A DNA stretch of 46,235 nt from Marinobacter sp. (GTDB lineage Bacteria > Pseudomonadota > Gammaproteobacteria > Pseudomonadales > Oleiphilaceae). Position 1 is the first letter of the stretch. Every line of letters begins with the position of its first letter. The notes under the pieces were generated by a model that saw only the letters and a program-made list of their open reading frames with translations, was not told where the DNA came from and did not search any database. The DNA lies in NCBI GenBank assembly GCA_052031745.1, contig JBPEXK010000356.1, positions 1 to 46,235 of the forward strand, given 5' to 3'. Positions 37,023 to 46,100 of the stretch are shown here, piece after piece. The position numbers were made by a program, and so were the translations under genes.

Positions 37023-37485
37023 CTACAGCAAGGCCCGTAGTTTCCTGATGTGCGCGGTGTTGGTTCTGATGGTGGGTTGTGCCGGCCCGGCGGTAAAAGC
37101 GCCGCCTGCGGTGGATCCACAACAGGTGCGCGCGCTGGCAGAGCAGGGCAGGCATGCCCACGAGCAGGGGCAGCGGCAAGCTGCCAAAACGGCCTGGCGG
37201 CAAGCCGTCGCGCTGGACCCGGGGGCTTCGGTGGTCGTCAACAATCTGGCGCTGTTGCTGGTTGAGGATCGGGACTTTGCCGAGGCGGTGTCGTTGCTGG
37301 AGCTCGGTCTGGCGCATTCGCCCGACACGTCGGAGCTGCACTACAACCTGGCGGTGATCTCGGAACTGTATCTGCTGGATCTGGAGAAGGCGTTGGCCCA
37401 CTACCAGCGTTACCGGGCTTTGTCTGAAACCGACGATGCCACTGTTTCTGGCTGGATCGCCGACCTTGAGCGGAGGCTGGATTGA
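37006..37485 (+). CDS. TPR lipoprotein (GltE-like)
   Basis: Lipobox LMVGC; TPRs NNLALL and HYNLAVISELYL; ends WIADLERR. Start could be one of the ATGs near 37012-37015. Confidence 0.8.
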   Translation: MAMMPDYSKARSFLMCAVLVLMVGCAGPAVKAPPAVDPQQVRALAEQGRHAHEQGQRQAAKTAWRQAVALDPGASVVVNNLALLLVEDRDFAEAVSLLELGLAHSPDTSELHYNLAVISELYLLDLEKALAHYQRYRALSETDDATVSGWIADLERRLD

Positions 37486-37853
37486 TGGCGCTTATGCGTT
37501 CCCGTTGCCCTTTCTGGATGCTGACTATCGTCGCCGGCGCTCTATCTGCCGGTTCGCTGCCAGCGTGGGGCTCCCAACCCTCCGAGGTGAGTAATCAAGG
37601 CCAGGCGGGCACCACCCTGAAGGTTGAGGGTTTGTCGGCCAGCATCGGTGAAGACAGCCCGCGCGTCCTCTTCATATTGCCGTGGCAGGCGCCGACCCTG
37701 CCTCGCCGACCGAGGGAGGCGTTGCCAGCAAAATTTCCCGACTTGATTGAAAAGGTGGACCCGGTTGCCGGTGAGCGCCATCGACAGTTTCGCGACAGTC
37801 TCAACCCCCAGATGCTGAGCCCGAATGCGGGCATAACAACATCGACACAATAA
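37482..37853 (+). CDS. Small exported protein (GltF-like)
   Basis: Signal peptide and VEG...IGEDSPRVLFILPWQ motif. Overlaps the upstream stop codon. Confidence 0.65.
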   Translation: MMALMRSRCPFWMLTIVAGALSAGSLPAWGSQPSEVSNQGQAGTTLKVEGLSASIGEDSPRVLFILPWQAPTLPRRPREALPAKFPDLIEKVDPVAGERHRQFRDSLNPQMLSPNAGITTSTQ

Positions 37854-37868
37854 CAACGGAGTGCATGA

Positions 37869-38516
37869 ATGATGGATACGCTGGTTCGATTCTTTCAGGA
37901 AGGGGGTGCCTTCATGTACCCCATCGCCCTGGTACTGGCCATTGGCCTGGCCATCACGTTGGAGCGTTTTGTCTATCTGGCATCGGTGCGGCGTAAAAAC
38001 CGGGTGGCGTTCGAGCGCGGTATTCTGCCTCTGCTGCAGAAGCGGGACTATCAGCGAGCCATGAAGGCGGCCAACAATTCCGATAGTGCCATAGCCACCA
38101 TCATGGGGGCCGGTATTGGACGGTTGCTGAACCGGAGCCGGCGCGAGGACATTGAATACGCCATGGAAGAAGGGCTGATGGAAGTGCTGCCGCGCTTGGA
38201 GAAACGAACCCAGTACCTTGCCACCCTGGCCAACATCGCCACCCTGCTGGGTCTGTTGGGAACCATCATTGGCCTGATCGCCGCGTTTACAGCGGTAGCC
38301 GCCGCTGACCCCGCCCAAAAAGCGACCCTGTTGTCCGAGAGCATCTCCGTTGCCATGAACACCACCGCGTTTGGCCTGATGTCCGCCATCCCTCTATTGA
38401 TGTTCCATGCCTTGCTCCAGACCCGGACCAACGAAATCGTCGACAGTTTTGAAATGGCAGGGGTCAAGCTCCTGAACATCGTGTCCGATCAGCACAATCA
38501 GCAGGCCGCGGCCTGA
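37869..38516 (+). CDS. MotA/TolQ/ExbB proton-channel protein (AglR-like)
   Basis: GG.FMYPI, LATLANIATLLGLLGTIIGLI.AF, ISVAMNTTAFGL..AIP. Three TM helices; RBS GGAG. Confidence 0.95.
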   Translation: MMDTLVRFFQEGGAFMYPIALVLAIGLAITLERFVYLASVRRKNRVAFERGILPLLQKRDYQRAMKAANNSDSAIATIMGAGIGRLLNRSRREDIEYAMEEGLMEVLPRLEKRTQYLATLANIATLLGLLGTIIGLIAAFTAVAAADPAQKATLLSESISVAMNTTAFGLMSAIPLLMFHALLQTRTNEIVDSFEMAGVKLLNIVSDQHNQQAAA

Positions 38517-38559
38517 AGTCCGTTGCCTGTGAGTTTGATGCCAAATCGAGAGTAAGCCT

Positions 38560-39093
38560 ATGCGACGTCGACATCGAAAATTGACGAGCTCCCCGGATCT
38601 GGACATTACCCCGTTCATGAACCTGATGATCGTGCTGGTGCCGGTGCTGCTGCTGGGAATGGTCTTCAGCCAGGTCCGCACCATTGAGCTCAACTTTCCC
38701 GGTTTGGATGGCGACCCGGAAACGGCCGTCGACCCGGAACAGCTCAGGCTGGTGGTCACCCTGATTCCCGGCGGCATCGAGGTTGCCGACAGCCGACAAG
38801 GGCTGCTGCTGTCCTTGCCGAGCCAGCAGGGTGAGCAGGATTTTGATGGCCTGCGCCAGGTGCTCCGGCAGATTAAGCTGCGGGTGCCCGACAAAACTGA
38901 CGTTATCCTCGAGGTGGGTCCGGATGTTGATTACCAGACCCTGGTGCACGCCATGGACACAGTACGCTCTTACCCGGCGGTGGTGGCCGCCAGTGTCGTG
39001 GAGGCCGAGCTCTTTCCCGATGTCGCGTTGATGGACGCTCCGGCGGATCGACGGCTGGCCGGTGCGGCGGACAACCAGGGAGGGGGCGCATGA
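38560..39093 (+). CDS. ExbD/TolR-family protein 1
   Basis: Basic N-terminus, DITPFMNLMIVLVPVLL TM helix, periplasmic V.YQTLV..MD.VR. Confidence 0.9.
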   Translation: MRRRHRKLTSSPDLDITPFMNLMIVLVPVLLLGMVFSQVRTIELNFPGLDGDPETAVDPEQLRLVVTLIPGGIEVADSRQGLLLSLPSQQGEQDFDGLRQVLRQIKLRVPDKTDVILEVGPDVDYQTLVHAMDTVRSYPAVVAASVVEAELFPDVALMDAPADRRLAGAADNQGGGA

Positions 39094-39578
39094 AAACCTC
39101 ACGCAGGGCCAGCCGCATCCGGCGCCATTACGGCCGCATGCACAAGGCTGGCGGCCTCAACCTGGTGTCTCTGATGGACATTTTCACCATTCTGGTGTTT
39201 TTCCTGATGGTTACCTCCTCGGACGTCAAAGTCATGCAGAACACGGCGGACGTCCCTTTGCCGACCTCAACAGCAAAGCAGGAAGCGGCTGAAACCCTCA
39301 CGGTGCAGGTGACGGCGGGCTCGATTCTGGTTCAGGGCCGGGAAGTGGCTCGGCTGACTGGGATGGAAACCGGTGACCGCCAGATCACTGGTCTCGCCGA
39401 GGAACTCGCCTACCGTCGCGAGCGGCAGGCCGAGTTACCGGAGGCGGGTCTGGAGGTCACGATTCTGGCGGGGCGGGACACCAACTACCGTTTGCTGCGC
39501 AAGATAATGCAGACCTGCGTTGATCAGCAGTACCGACAGGTACGGTTGGCAGTGGAGGCGGAGGTGCGCAATGGCTGA
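39090..39578 (+). CDS. ExbD/TolR-family protein 2
   Basis: LNLVSLMDIFTILVFFLM TM helix, LP.S, VTILA.R...Y..LRKIM.TC....Y..V.LAV. ATGA overlap with the previous gene. Confidence 0.92.
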   Translation: MKTSRRASRIRRHYGRMHKAGGLNLVSLMDIFTILVFFLMVTSSDVKVMQNTADVPLPTSTAKQEAAETLTVQVTAGSILVQGREVARLTGMETGDRQITGLAEELAYRRERQAELPEAGLEVTILAGRDTNYRLLRKIMQTCVDQQYRQVRLAVEAEVRNG

Positions 39579-40542
39579 GTTTTCCTACGGCACGGGCGGC
39601 CGCAGCGAATTGCCCTGGAGCGCCTCAGCTCGAGAGGATCGTCAGTTTGGCCTGATCGCGGTCGTCATCACCTCGCTGTTCCTGGCCCTCGGGCTGATCC
39701 TGCCCACCATTGAAGTGCCCGAAATCGAGCGGGCCGAGGCAGAAAAAGTGCCACCCCAGCTGGCGCGTCTGGTGGAGCGTCCCAAACCGGTGACGCCGCC
39801 CGAGGTCAGCATCCCCGAACCCGAACCGCGGCCAGAGCCGCCGCCCGAGCAGAAGCCGGCGCCTGAGCCAGAGCCCAGCCCGCCCGTGGCGCAAACGTCG
39901 CCGACTCCGAAACCCGAGGTGAAGCCGAGCCCCAAGCCGGTACAGACTGCGGAGCAAGCACGGGAAAAAGCCTCAAAATCAGGATTGCTCGCCATGAAGG
40001 ACCGGCTTGCAGCTTTGCGGGCGCCGGCGCAGGCCGCGCCCGAGGTGCTCAGGGCTAACACAGCCGCAACAGCCAGCGCCGCCCCGGAGCGGGTCAGCGC
40101 GTCACAGGTTACCCAGGGCAGCGGGGGTGTCGTGGATGCCGAGGCGCCCGAGACGTCGGTGGCGGTTCAGGGGCACCAGGTGAAGTCGGTTGAACCGGCG
40201 CAGGAAACCCTGGCCAAGGCCGAGGCTCCCACACCTGCGGCACCTTCAGTGGGCGAACGCGCTATGAGCAATATTCGAAAAGTCTTCGACGCCCAGAAGA
40301 CCGCCCTGTACTCGCTCTATCGTCGGGAGCTGCGCCAGGATCCAACCCTGGAAGGCAAGTTGTTACTTGAGCTGGTGATCGAACCGGACGGCTCGGTCTC
40401 GGCGTGTCAGGTGGTTAGTTCCGAGTTGGACAATCCGCCGCTTGAGCAGCGGATTGCCATGAGGGTGCGTCTGTTCGATTTTGGCGCCGACAATGTCGAG
40501 GCTCGGAAGGTGCGATTCCCGATTGATTTTCTGCCAGGGTAG
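39571..40542 (+). CDS. TonB-like energy transducer with AgmX/PglI-type C-terminal domain (GltG-like)
   Basis: Single N-terminal TM helix, Pro-rich spacer (PEPEPRPEPPPEQKP), C-terminal R...IRKVFD....LY.LY.RELR.DP.LEGK....LVIEP.G.V...VVSSEL....LE...FP..FLP. ATG 39571 follows GGAGG. Confidence 0.88.
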   Translation: MAEFSYGTGGRSELPWSASAREDRQFGLIAVVITSLFLALGLILPTIEVPEIERAEAEKVPPQLARLVERPKPVTPPEVSIPEPEPRPEPPPEQKPAPEPEPSPPVAQTSPTPKPEVKPSPKPVQTAEQAREKASKSGLLAMKDRLAALRAPAQAAPEVLRANTAATASAAPERVSASQVTQGSGGVVDAEAPETSVAVQGHQVKSVEPAQETLAKAEAPTPAAPSVGERAMSNIRKVFDAQKTALYSLYRRELRQDPTLEGKLLLELVIEPDGSVSACQVVSSELDNPPLEQRIAMRVRLFDFGADNVEARKVRFPIDFLPG

Positions 40543-40583
40543 GTCGGAAGCGGTCGGGATCGGAGCTGGAGTAGGAGGGTGCG

Positions 40584-41069
40584 TCAGCTTTCGATGGTGA
40601 TTTTCGGGAGCCGGGGTTTGTTGAGCGAAACTTTTTCGGTGGGGGCGATCACTTTGGCCTCACCGGACACCACCTGCTGATCGTTCTGGTTACGCACGTC
40701 GCACTTGAATACCACCCGATTCCGCTTTTCCTTGCGAAGCACGCTAAGGGTTACCCTAAGGGTGTCGTCGAGCTTGACCGGTCGCTTGAATGCCAGGCTC
40801 TGCTCCAGGTAAACCGTACCCGGGCCGGGCATGACGGTGGCGAGGGCCGCGGAAATCAGTGAGCCACTCCACATGCCATGGGCTATTCGCTCCTTGAACA
40901 TGGACGAGGCGGCGAACTCGGAGTCCAGATGCACGGGGTTCACATCTCCGGACACGGCGGCGAAAAGCACCAATTCCTCCTCCGACAGGGTCCGCGTAAA
41001 GGTGGCGCTGTCGCCCTCATTCAGCTCGTCGTAAGTGATATTTTCCAGCGTATCCAGAATATCGCTCAT
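40584..41069 (-). CDS. MaoC/PhaJ-type (R)-specific enoyl-CoA hydratase
   Basis: FAAVSGDVNPVHLD..FA...F..RIAHGM...ISA......PGPGT.YL.Q.L.F..PV. ATG 41069. Confidence 0.93.
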   Translation of the reverse strand: MSDILDTLENITYDELNEGDSATFTRTLSEEELVLFAAVSGDVNPVHLDSEFAASSMFKERIAHGMWSGSLISAALATVMPGPGTVYLEQSLAFKRPVKLDDTLRVTLSVLRKEKRNRVVFKCDVRNQNDQQVVSGEAKVIAPTEKVSLNKPRLPKITIES

Positions 41070-41248
41070 GGTGTGCCCCGTACGAATTCGATTAAGGTAC
41101 AAGTGTTTACGCGTGTTCTCTGAAAACTACCTCATCGATCACAAAACTGCTATTCTCTCTCAACTTTTTGAGGCTGATACTTTTGTAGGGTTGATTTTAG
41201 TCAGCGTTGCCGAAGTGAATCATTACAATCAAAAGCGCCAAACAGGAG

Positions 41249-42931
41249 ATGGTGATGGATTTTGAGCAGTTCTATCAGGATAAATACCCCGCCGGTGTAC
41301 CGCGCGAGGTCGACCTGAACAAGTACAGCAGCATGGTTGAAGTGTTCGAGCAGGCCGTGAAGAAGCACGCGGACCGTCCTGCCTTCAGTGCTGTTGGCGC
41401 GACTCTCACCTACCGTGACCTGGACACCCAGAGCCGCAACTTTGCGGCCTGGCTACAGAACAAAACCGACTTGAAACCGGGTGACCGCATCGCGGTGCAG
41501 ATGCCCAACGTCTCCCAGTACCCGGTGGTCGTGTTTGGCGCCATGCGGGCCGGCCTGATCGTTGTCAACACCAACCCGCTGTACACCACGCGGGAAATGG
41601 AGCATCAGTTCAATGATTCCGGCGCCAAGGCGCTGGTAGTTCTGGCCAACATGGCAGAAAACGCAGAGAAGGTGCTGCCGCACACGGGCATCGAGCATGT
41701 GATCGTAACCGAAATTGCAGACATGCATTCGCCGATCAAGCGCACCCTGATGAACGCCGTTATCAAGCACGTGAAGAAAATGGTGCCGCCGTTCAACATT
41801 CCAGGGGCCCACAAGCTGCCTGCGGTACTGAGCGCCGGCGCCCGCGAGAAATTCTCCCCTGTAGAGTGCAAGAAAGACGACATCGCGGTGCTGCAGTACA
41901 CCGGCGGCACCACCGGCGTTGCCAAGGGCGCGATGCTGACCCACGGTAACCTGGTCGCCAACCTGATGCAGACCCGTCCGATGATGGGCGACATCGTGGT
42001 CGACGGTCAGGAGGTGGTTATCGCGCCGCTGCCGCTGTACCACATTTACTCGTTCACGCTGAACTGCGGCATCATGCTGGAAGCCGGTGCCCACAACGTC
42101 TTGATTCCGAACCCGCGCGACATTCCGGGCTTCGTGAAAGAGCTGAAGAACCACAAGTTCACCGCGTTCCTGGGGCTCAACACCCTGTTCGTGGCCCTGT
42201 GCAACAACGAAGAGTTCAAGGCCCTCGACTTCAGCAGTCTCAAGCTGACGTCCTCCGGTGGTATGGCCCTGACCAGTGACACCGCCAAGATGTGGGAGCG
42301 GGTTACCGGCTGTGAAATCTCCGAGGGTTATGGCATGACCGAAACCTCCCCGGTGGTTACCTTCAACCCGCACGTGGCGATTCAGCTTGGCACGATTGGC
42401 CTGCCGATCCCGTCTACTGTGATTAAGACCATCGACGAAGAAGGTAATGAGACGCCGGTCGGTGAGCCGGGCGAGCTGTGCGTCAAGGGCCCGCAGGTCA
42501 TGCGCGGCTACTGGCAGCGTCCGGAAGACACCCAGAAGTCCTTCACCGAGGACGGCTACCTGAAGACCGGCGACGTCGCCCTGATCCAGGAAGACGGCTA
42601 CATCCGCATCGTCGATCGGAAGAAAGACATGATCATCGTGTCTGGCTTCAACGTGTTCCCGAACGAGATCGAAGATGTGGTCAGCAGCCACCCGAAGGTG
42701 GTCGAGTGCGCCGCGGTTGGCATTCCCGACGCCAAGAGTGGCGAAGCGGTGAAGGTTTATCTGGTGGCCACAGCTGAAGGCGTCAGCGAGAACGAGCTGA
42801 AAGAGTTCTGTCGCGAACGTCTGACCGCGTACAAGGTGCCCAAGCACTTTGAGTTCCGTGAGGAGCTGCCGAAAACCAACGTCGGCAAGATCCTGCGGCG
42901 CGAACTTCGGGACGAAGCCAACGCCAGCTAA
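41249..42931 (+). CDS. fadD: Long-chain fatty acid-CoA ligase
   Basis: VNTNPLYT, LQYTGGTTGVAKGA, PLYH, EGYGMTETSP, GPQVMRGYW, TGD, DRKKDMI.VSGFNV.PNE, VGKILRR. Confidence 0.95.
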   Translation: MVMDFEQFYQDKYPAGVPREVDLNKYSSMVEVFEQAVKKHADRPAFSAVGATLTYRDLDTQSRNFAAWLQNKTDLKPGDRIAVQMPNVSQYPVVVFGAMRAGLIVVNTNPLYTTREMEHQFNDSGAKALVVLANMAENAEKVLPHTGIEHVIVTEIADMHSPIKRTLMNAVIKHVKKMVPPFNIPGAHKLPAVLSAGAREKFSPVECKKDDIAVLQYTGGTTGVAKGAMLTHGNLVANLMQTRPMMGDIVVDGQEVVIAPLPLYHIYSFTLNCGIMLEAGAHNVLIPNPRDIPGFVKELKNHKFTAFLGLNTLFVALCNNEEFKALDFSSLKLTSSGGMALTSDTAKMWERVTGCEISEGYGMTETSPVVTFNPHVAIQLGTIGLPIPSTVIKTIDEEGNETPVGEPGELCVKGPQVMRGYWQRPEDTQKSFTEDGYLKTGDVALIQEDGYIRIVDRKKDMIIVSGFNVFPNEIEDVVSSHPKVVECAAVGIPDAKSGEAVKVYLVATAEGVSENELKEFCRERLTAYKVPKHFEFREELPKTNVGKILRRELRDEANAS

Positions 42932-43008
42932 GGGAGAGGGGAGTAGGGTGCCAAGAGTGCCCGATTCCTCGCTCCATTGCCCTCTCAGCTTGGGAGGGCC
43001 GTATACTG

Positions 43009-43039
43009 AAACCCCGCCAACGCGGGGTTTTTCATTTTT
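43009..43039 (+). terminator. Rho-independent terminator after fadD
   Basis: AAACCCCGC-caac-GCGGGGTTT followed by TTCATTTTT. Confidence 0.85.
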
Positions 43040-43111
43040 AAGGCAACCCCATTCCCGTTAGACTGTCGCCAATTCAGCCATTGACCCACGTCGAGATCAA
43101 ACCTCACAGCA

Positions 43112-46100
43112 ATGACAAACTCCACCTCCGACCGACCCAGCGCAGAGCAGACTCAACCCGACGGCAAGGCCGCCGTGAAAGCGATGATGGCCCAGCTGGA
43201 ACTGTGCAATCAGCTAGAAGCCGCGCGGATCGTCAAAGCGGTCGCTCGTACCAAGGGCAATCCGGGGCAAAAGGATCTGGAGAAAATGGCCCGCTGGCTG
43301 GACCACGGATTGGAGAAAGTGCAGCTGCGTCAGGCCTCCCACAAACCGGCCAGCTTCCCGGACGGGCTGCCGGTGTCCGAGCGGGTGGAGGATATCCAAG
43401 CCGCCATTGAAAACCATCAGGTGGTGATCATTGCGGGCGAGACCGGCTCGGGCAAAACCACTCAGATTCCAAAGATCTGCATGAACGCGGGGCGCGGCAT
43501 TCGCGGTGTCATCGGTCACACCCAGCCGCGCCGAATCGCGGCCCGCAGCGTTGCCACCCGCATTGCCGAGGAACTGGGTGAACAGACCGGGCAGCAGGTC
43601 GGTTACCAGGTGCGATTTACCGACACCACCTCGGAGCAGTCCCGGGTCAAGGTGATGACCGATGGCATCCTGCTGGCGGAAATCCAGCACGATCGGTTTC
43701 TCGATCGCTACGATACCCTGATCATCGACGAGGCCCACGAACGCAGTCTCAACATCGATTTCATTCTCGGGTACCTGCGCCAACTGCTGCCGAAACGGCC
43801 GGACCTGAAAGTGATCATCACTTCCGCCACCATCGAGGTTGAGCGCTTCAGCGAGTTTTTCGATCAGGCGCCGGTCATAGAGGTGAGCGGCCGTACCTAC
43901 CCGGTGGATGTACGCTACCGGCCACTGACCGGGGATGACGACGACCGGGACCAGGGCTGGAGTGACGGCGTCATCGCCGCGCTGGAGGAGATTGAGCAGC
44001 ATGAGCGGTCGGAAAAGCAGCCGCCGGGTGACGTGCTGGTGTTCCTGCCCGGCGAGCGGGAAATTCGCAACCTGAGCAAGGTGCTGCGGCATGTGGATCT
44101 GAAACACACAGAAGTTTTGCCGCTGTACTCGCGCCTGAGCAATCAGGAACAGAATCGGGTGTTCCAGTCGCATCGTGGGCGCCGGATCGTGCTGTCTACG
44201 AACGTGGCGGAAACCTCTCTAACCGTGCCAGGTATCAGATACGTTATCGACACCGGCGTTGCCCGGATCAGCCGCTACAGCGTTCGCTCCAAGATCCAGC
44301 GCCTGCCCATCGAGCCAATTTCCCAGGCCAGCGCCAACCAGCGGGCCGGGCGGTGCGGTCGGGTGGCACCGGGTATCTGTTTCCGGCTGTACGACGAAAC
44401 CGATTTCATCAATCGGCCGGAGTACACCGACCCGGAGATCCTGCGCACCAACCTGGCCTCCGTCATCCTGCAGATGGCCACTTCGGGCCTGGGTGAGATT
44501 CGGAACTTTCCGTTCCTGGAGGCACCCGATCGCCGTCAGGTCAACGACGGTTACAAGCTGTTGGAGGAGCTGAGTGCCGTTGATGAGAAACGGCGGGTCA
44601 CAAAACTTGGGCGCACCATGGCCCGTTTGCCCCTGGATCCACGCCTGGCGCGCATGCTGGTCACCGCGGCGGACAAGGGCAGTCTGGCGGAAACCTTGAT
44701 TATCATCGCCGGCTTGAGTGTGCAGGATCCGCGGGAACGGCCCCAGGACAAGCAACAGGCGGCCGACCAGGCGCACGCGCCGTTCAATGACAAGGAATCG
44801 GATTTTGCCACGCTGCTGAATATCTGGAACTTCTACGAGGAGCAGCGCCAGGAACTGTCCCAGAATCAGCTCAAGAAGCTGTGCCAGAAAAGCTTCCTGA
44901 GCTGGATGCGGATGCGGGAGTGGCGCGATATTCACCGGCAGCTGACGCTGATCTGTCGGGACCAGAAGCTGGCGTTCAACAAGGAGGCCGCCAGTTACGA
45001 GGCCCTGCACCAGGCCATACTGGCAGGTCTGCTGGGTCAGGTGGCGGTCAAGGTTGAAAAAAAGGAGTACCTTGCCACCCGGAACCGGAAGGTTATGATC
45101 TTCCCGGGCTCCAAGGTTGCCAAGACCGGTCCGAAATGGATTGTCGCCACCGAGATTGTCGAAACCAGCCGGGTCTTTGCCCGCATGGTGGCGGCGATTC
45201 AGCCGGAGTGGATCGAGCCCTTGGCCGGCCACGTGGTCAAGCACAATTACTTCGAGCCGCACTGGGAGCAGAAGCGTGCCCAGGTCATGGGGTACGAGAA
45301 GGTCACGCTGTACGGTCTGGATGTGGTGCCCAAGCGTCGGATTGCCTACGCCAAGGTGGATCCGGCCGAATGTCGCAACCTGTTCATTCGCCGCGCTCTG
45401 GTGGAGGGGGATTACCGATCCCGGGCGCCGTTCATCGCCCGCAACCGGGAAATGCTCGATACCGTTGAGAACCTGGAACGCAAGACCCGGCGCCGGGACC
45501 TGCTGGTCGATGACGAGGCACTGGTAGCCTTCTATGACGAGCGATTGCCGGCGGACATCGTCAGTGGCCGGCATTTCGAGACCTGGTGGAAGAGCCTGTC
45601 GGCGGACGAGCTGAAGAATATGGAGCTGACTGAGGCGGACATTTTGCAGCGCCCGGTGGACGCCCAGGCTGGTGAGCTGTACCCGGATTTCCTGGAGTGG
45701 GAAGGGGTGCGCTATCCCCTCAGTTACGAATTCGAGCCCACCAGTGAGCGGGATGGCGTCACCCTGCAGGTGCCGCTCATGGCCCTGAAGCAGATCCCAG
45801 CCCGGCGCCTTGAGTGGTTGGTGCCCGGCCTGCTGCGGGAGAAATGCGTAGCCCTGGTCAAAGGCTTGCCCAAATCCCTGCGCCGAAATTTTGTCCCGGT
45901 GCCGGACTTTGTCGACGCCGCGCTGGCGAATCTGCAACCCTCCAACGAGCCCTTGGCGCTGCAGTTGGGTGAACAACTGCGGCGCATGACCGGGGTACGC
46001 ATCGACCCCGAGGCCTGGCCGGAACAGGAGCTGCCCCGCCACCTGCGAATGAACCTGCGGGTGCTGGGCGATGGCGGCAATGTAATGGCGGAGGGCCGCG

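Noticed and set aside
41453-42847. Long antisense ORFs over fadD, and similarly 21885-22991 over dnaX and 29151-30533 over moxR
   Set aside because: Shadow ORFs expected from GC-biased codon usage in well-supported genes.
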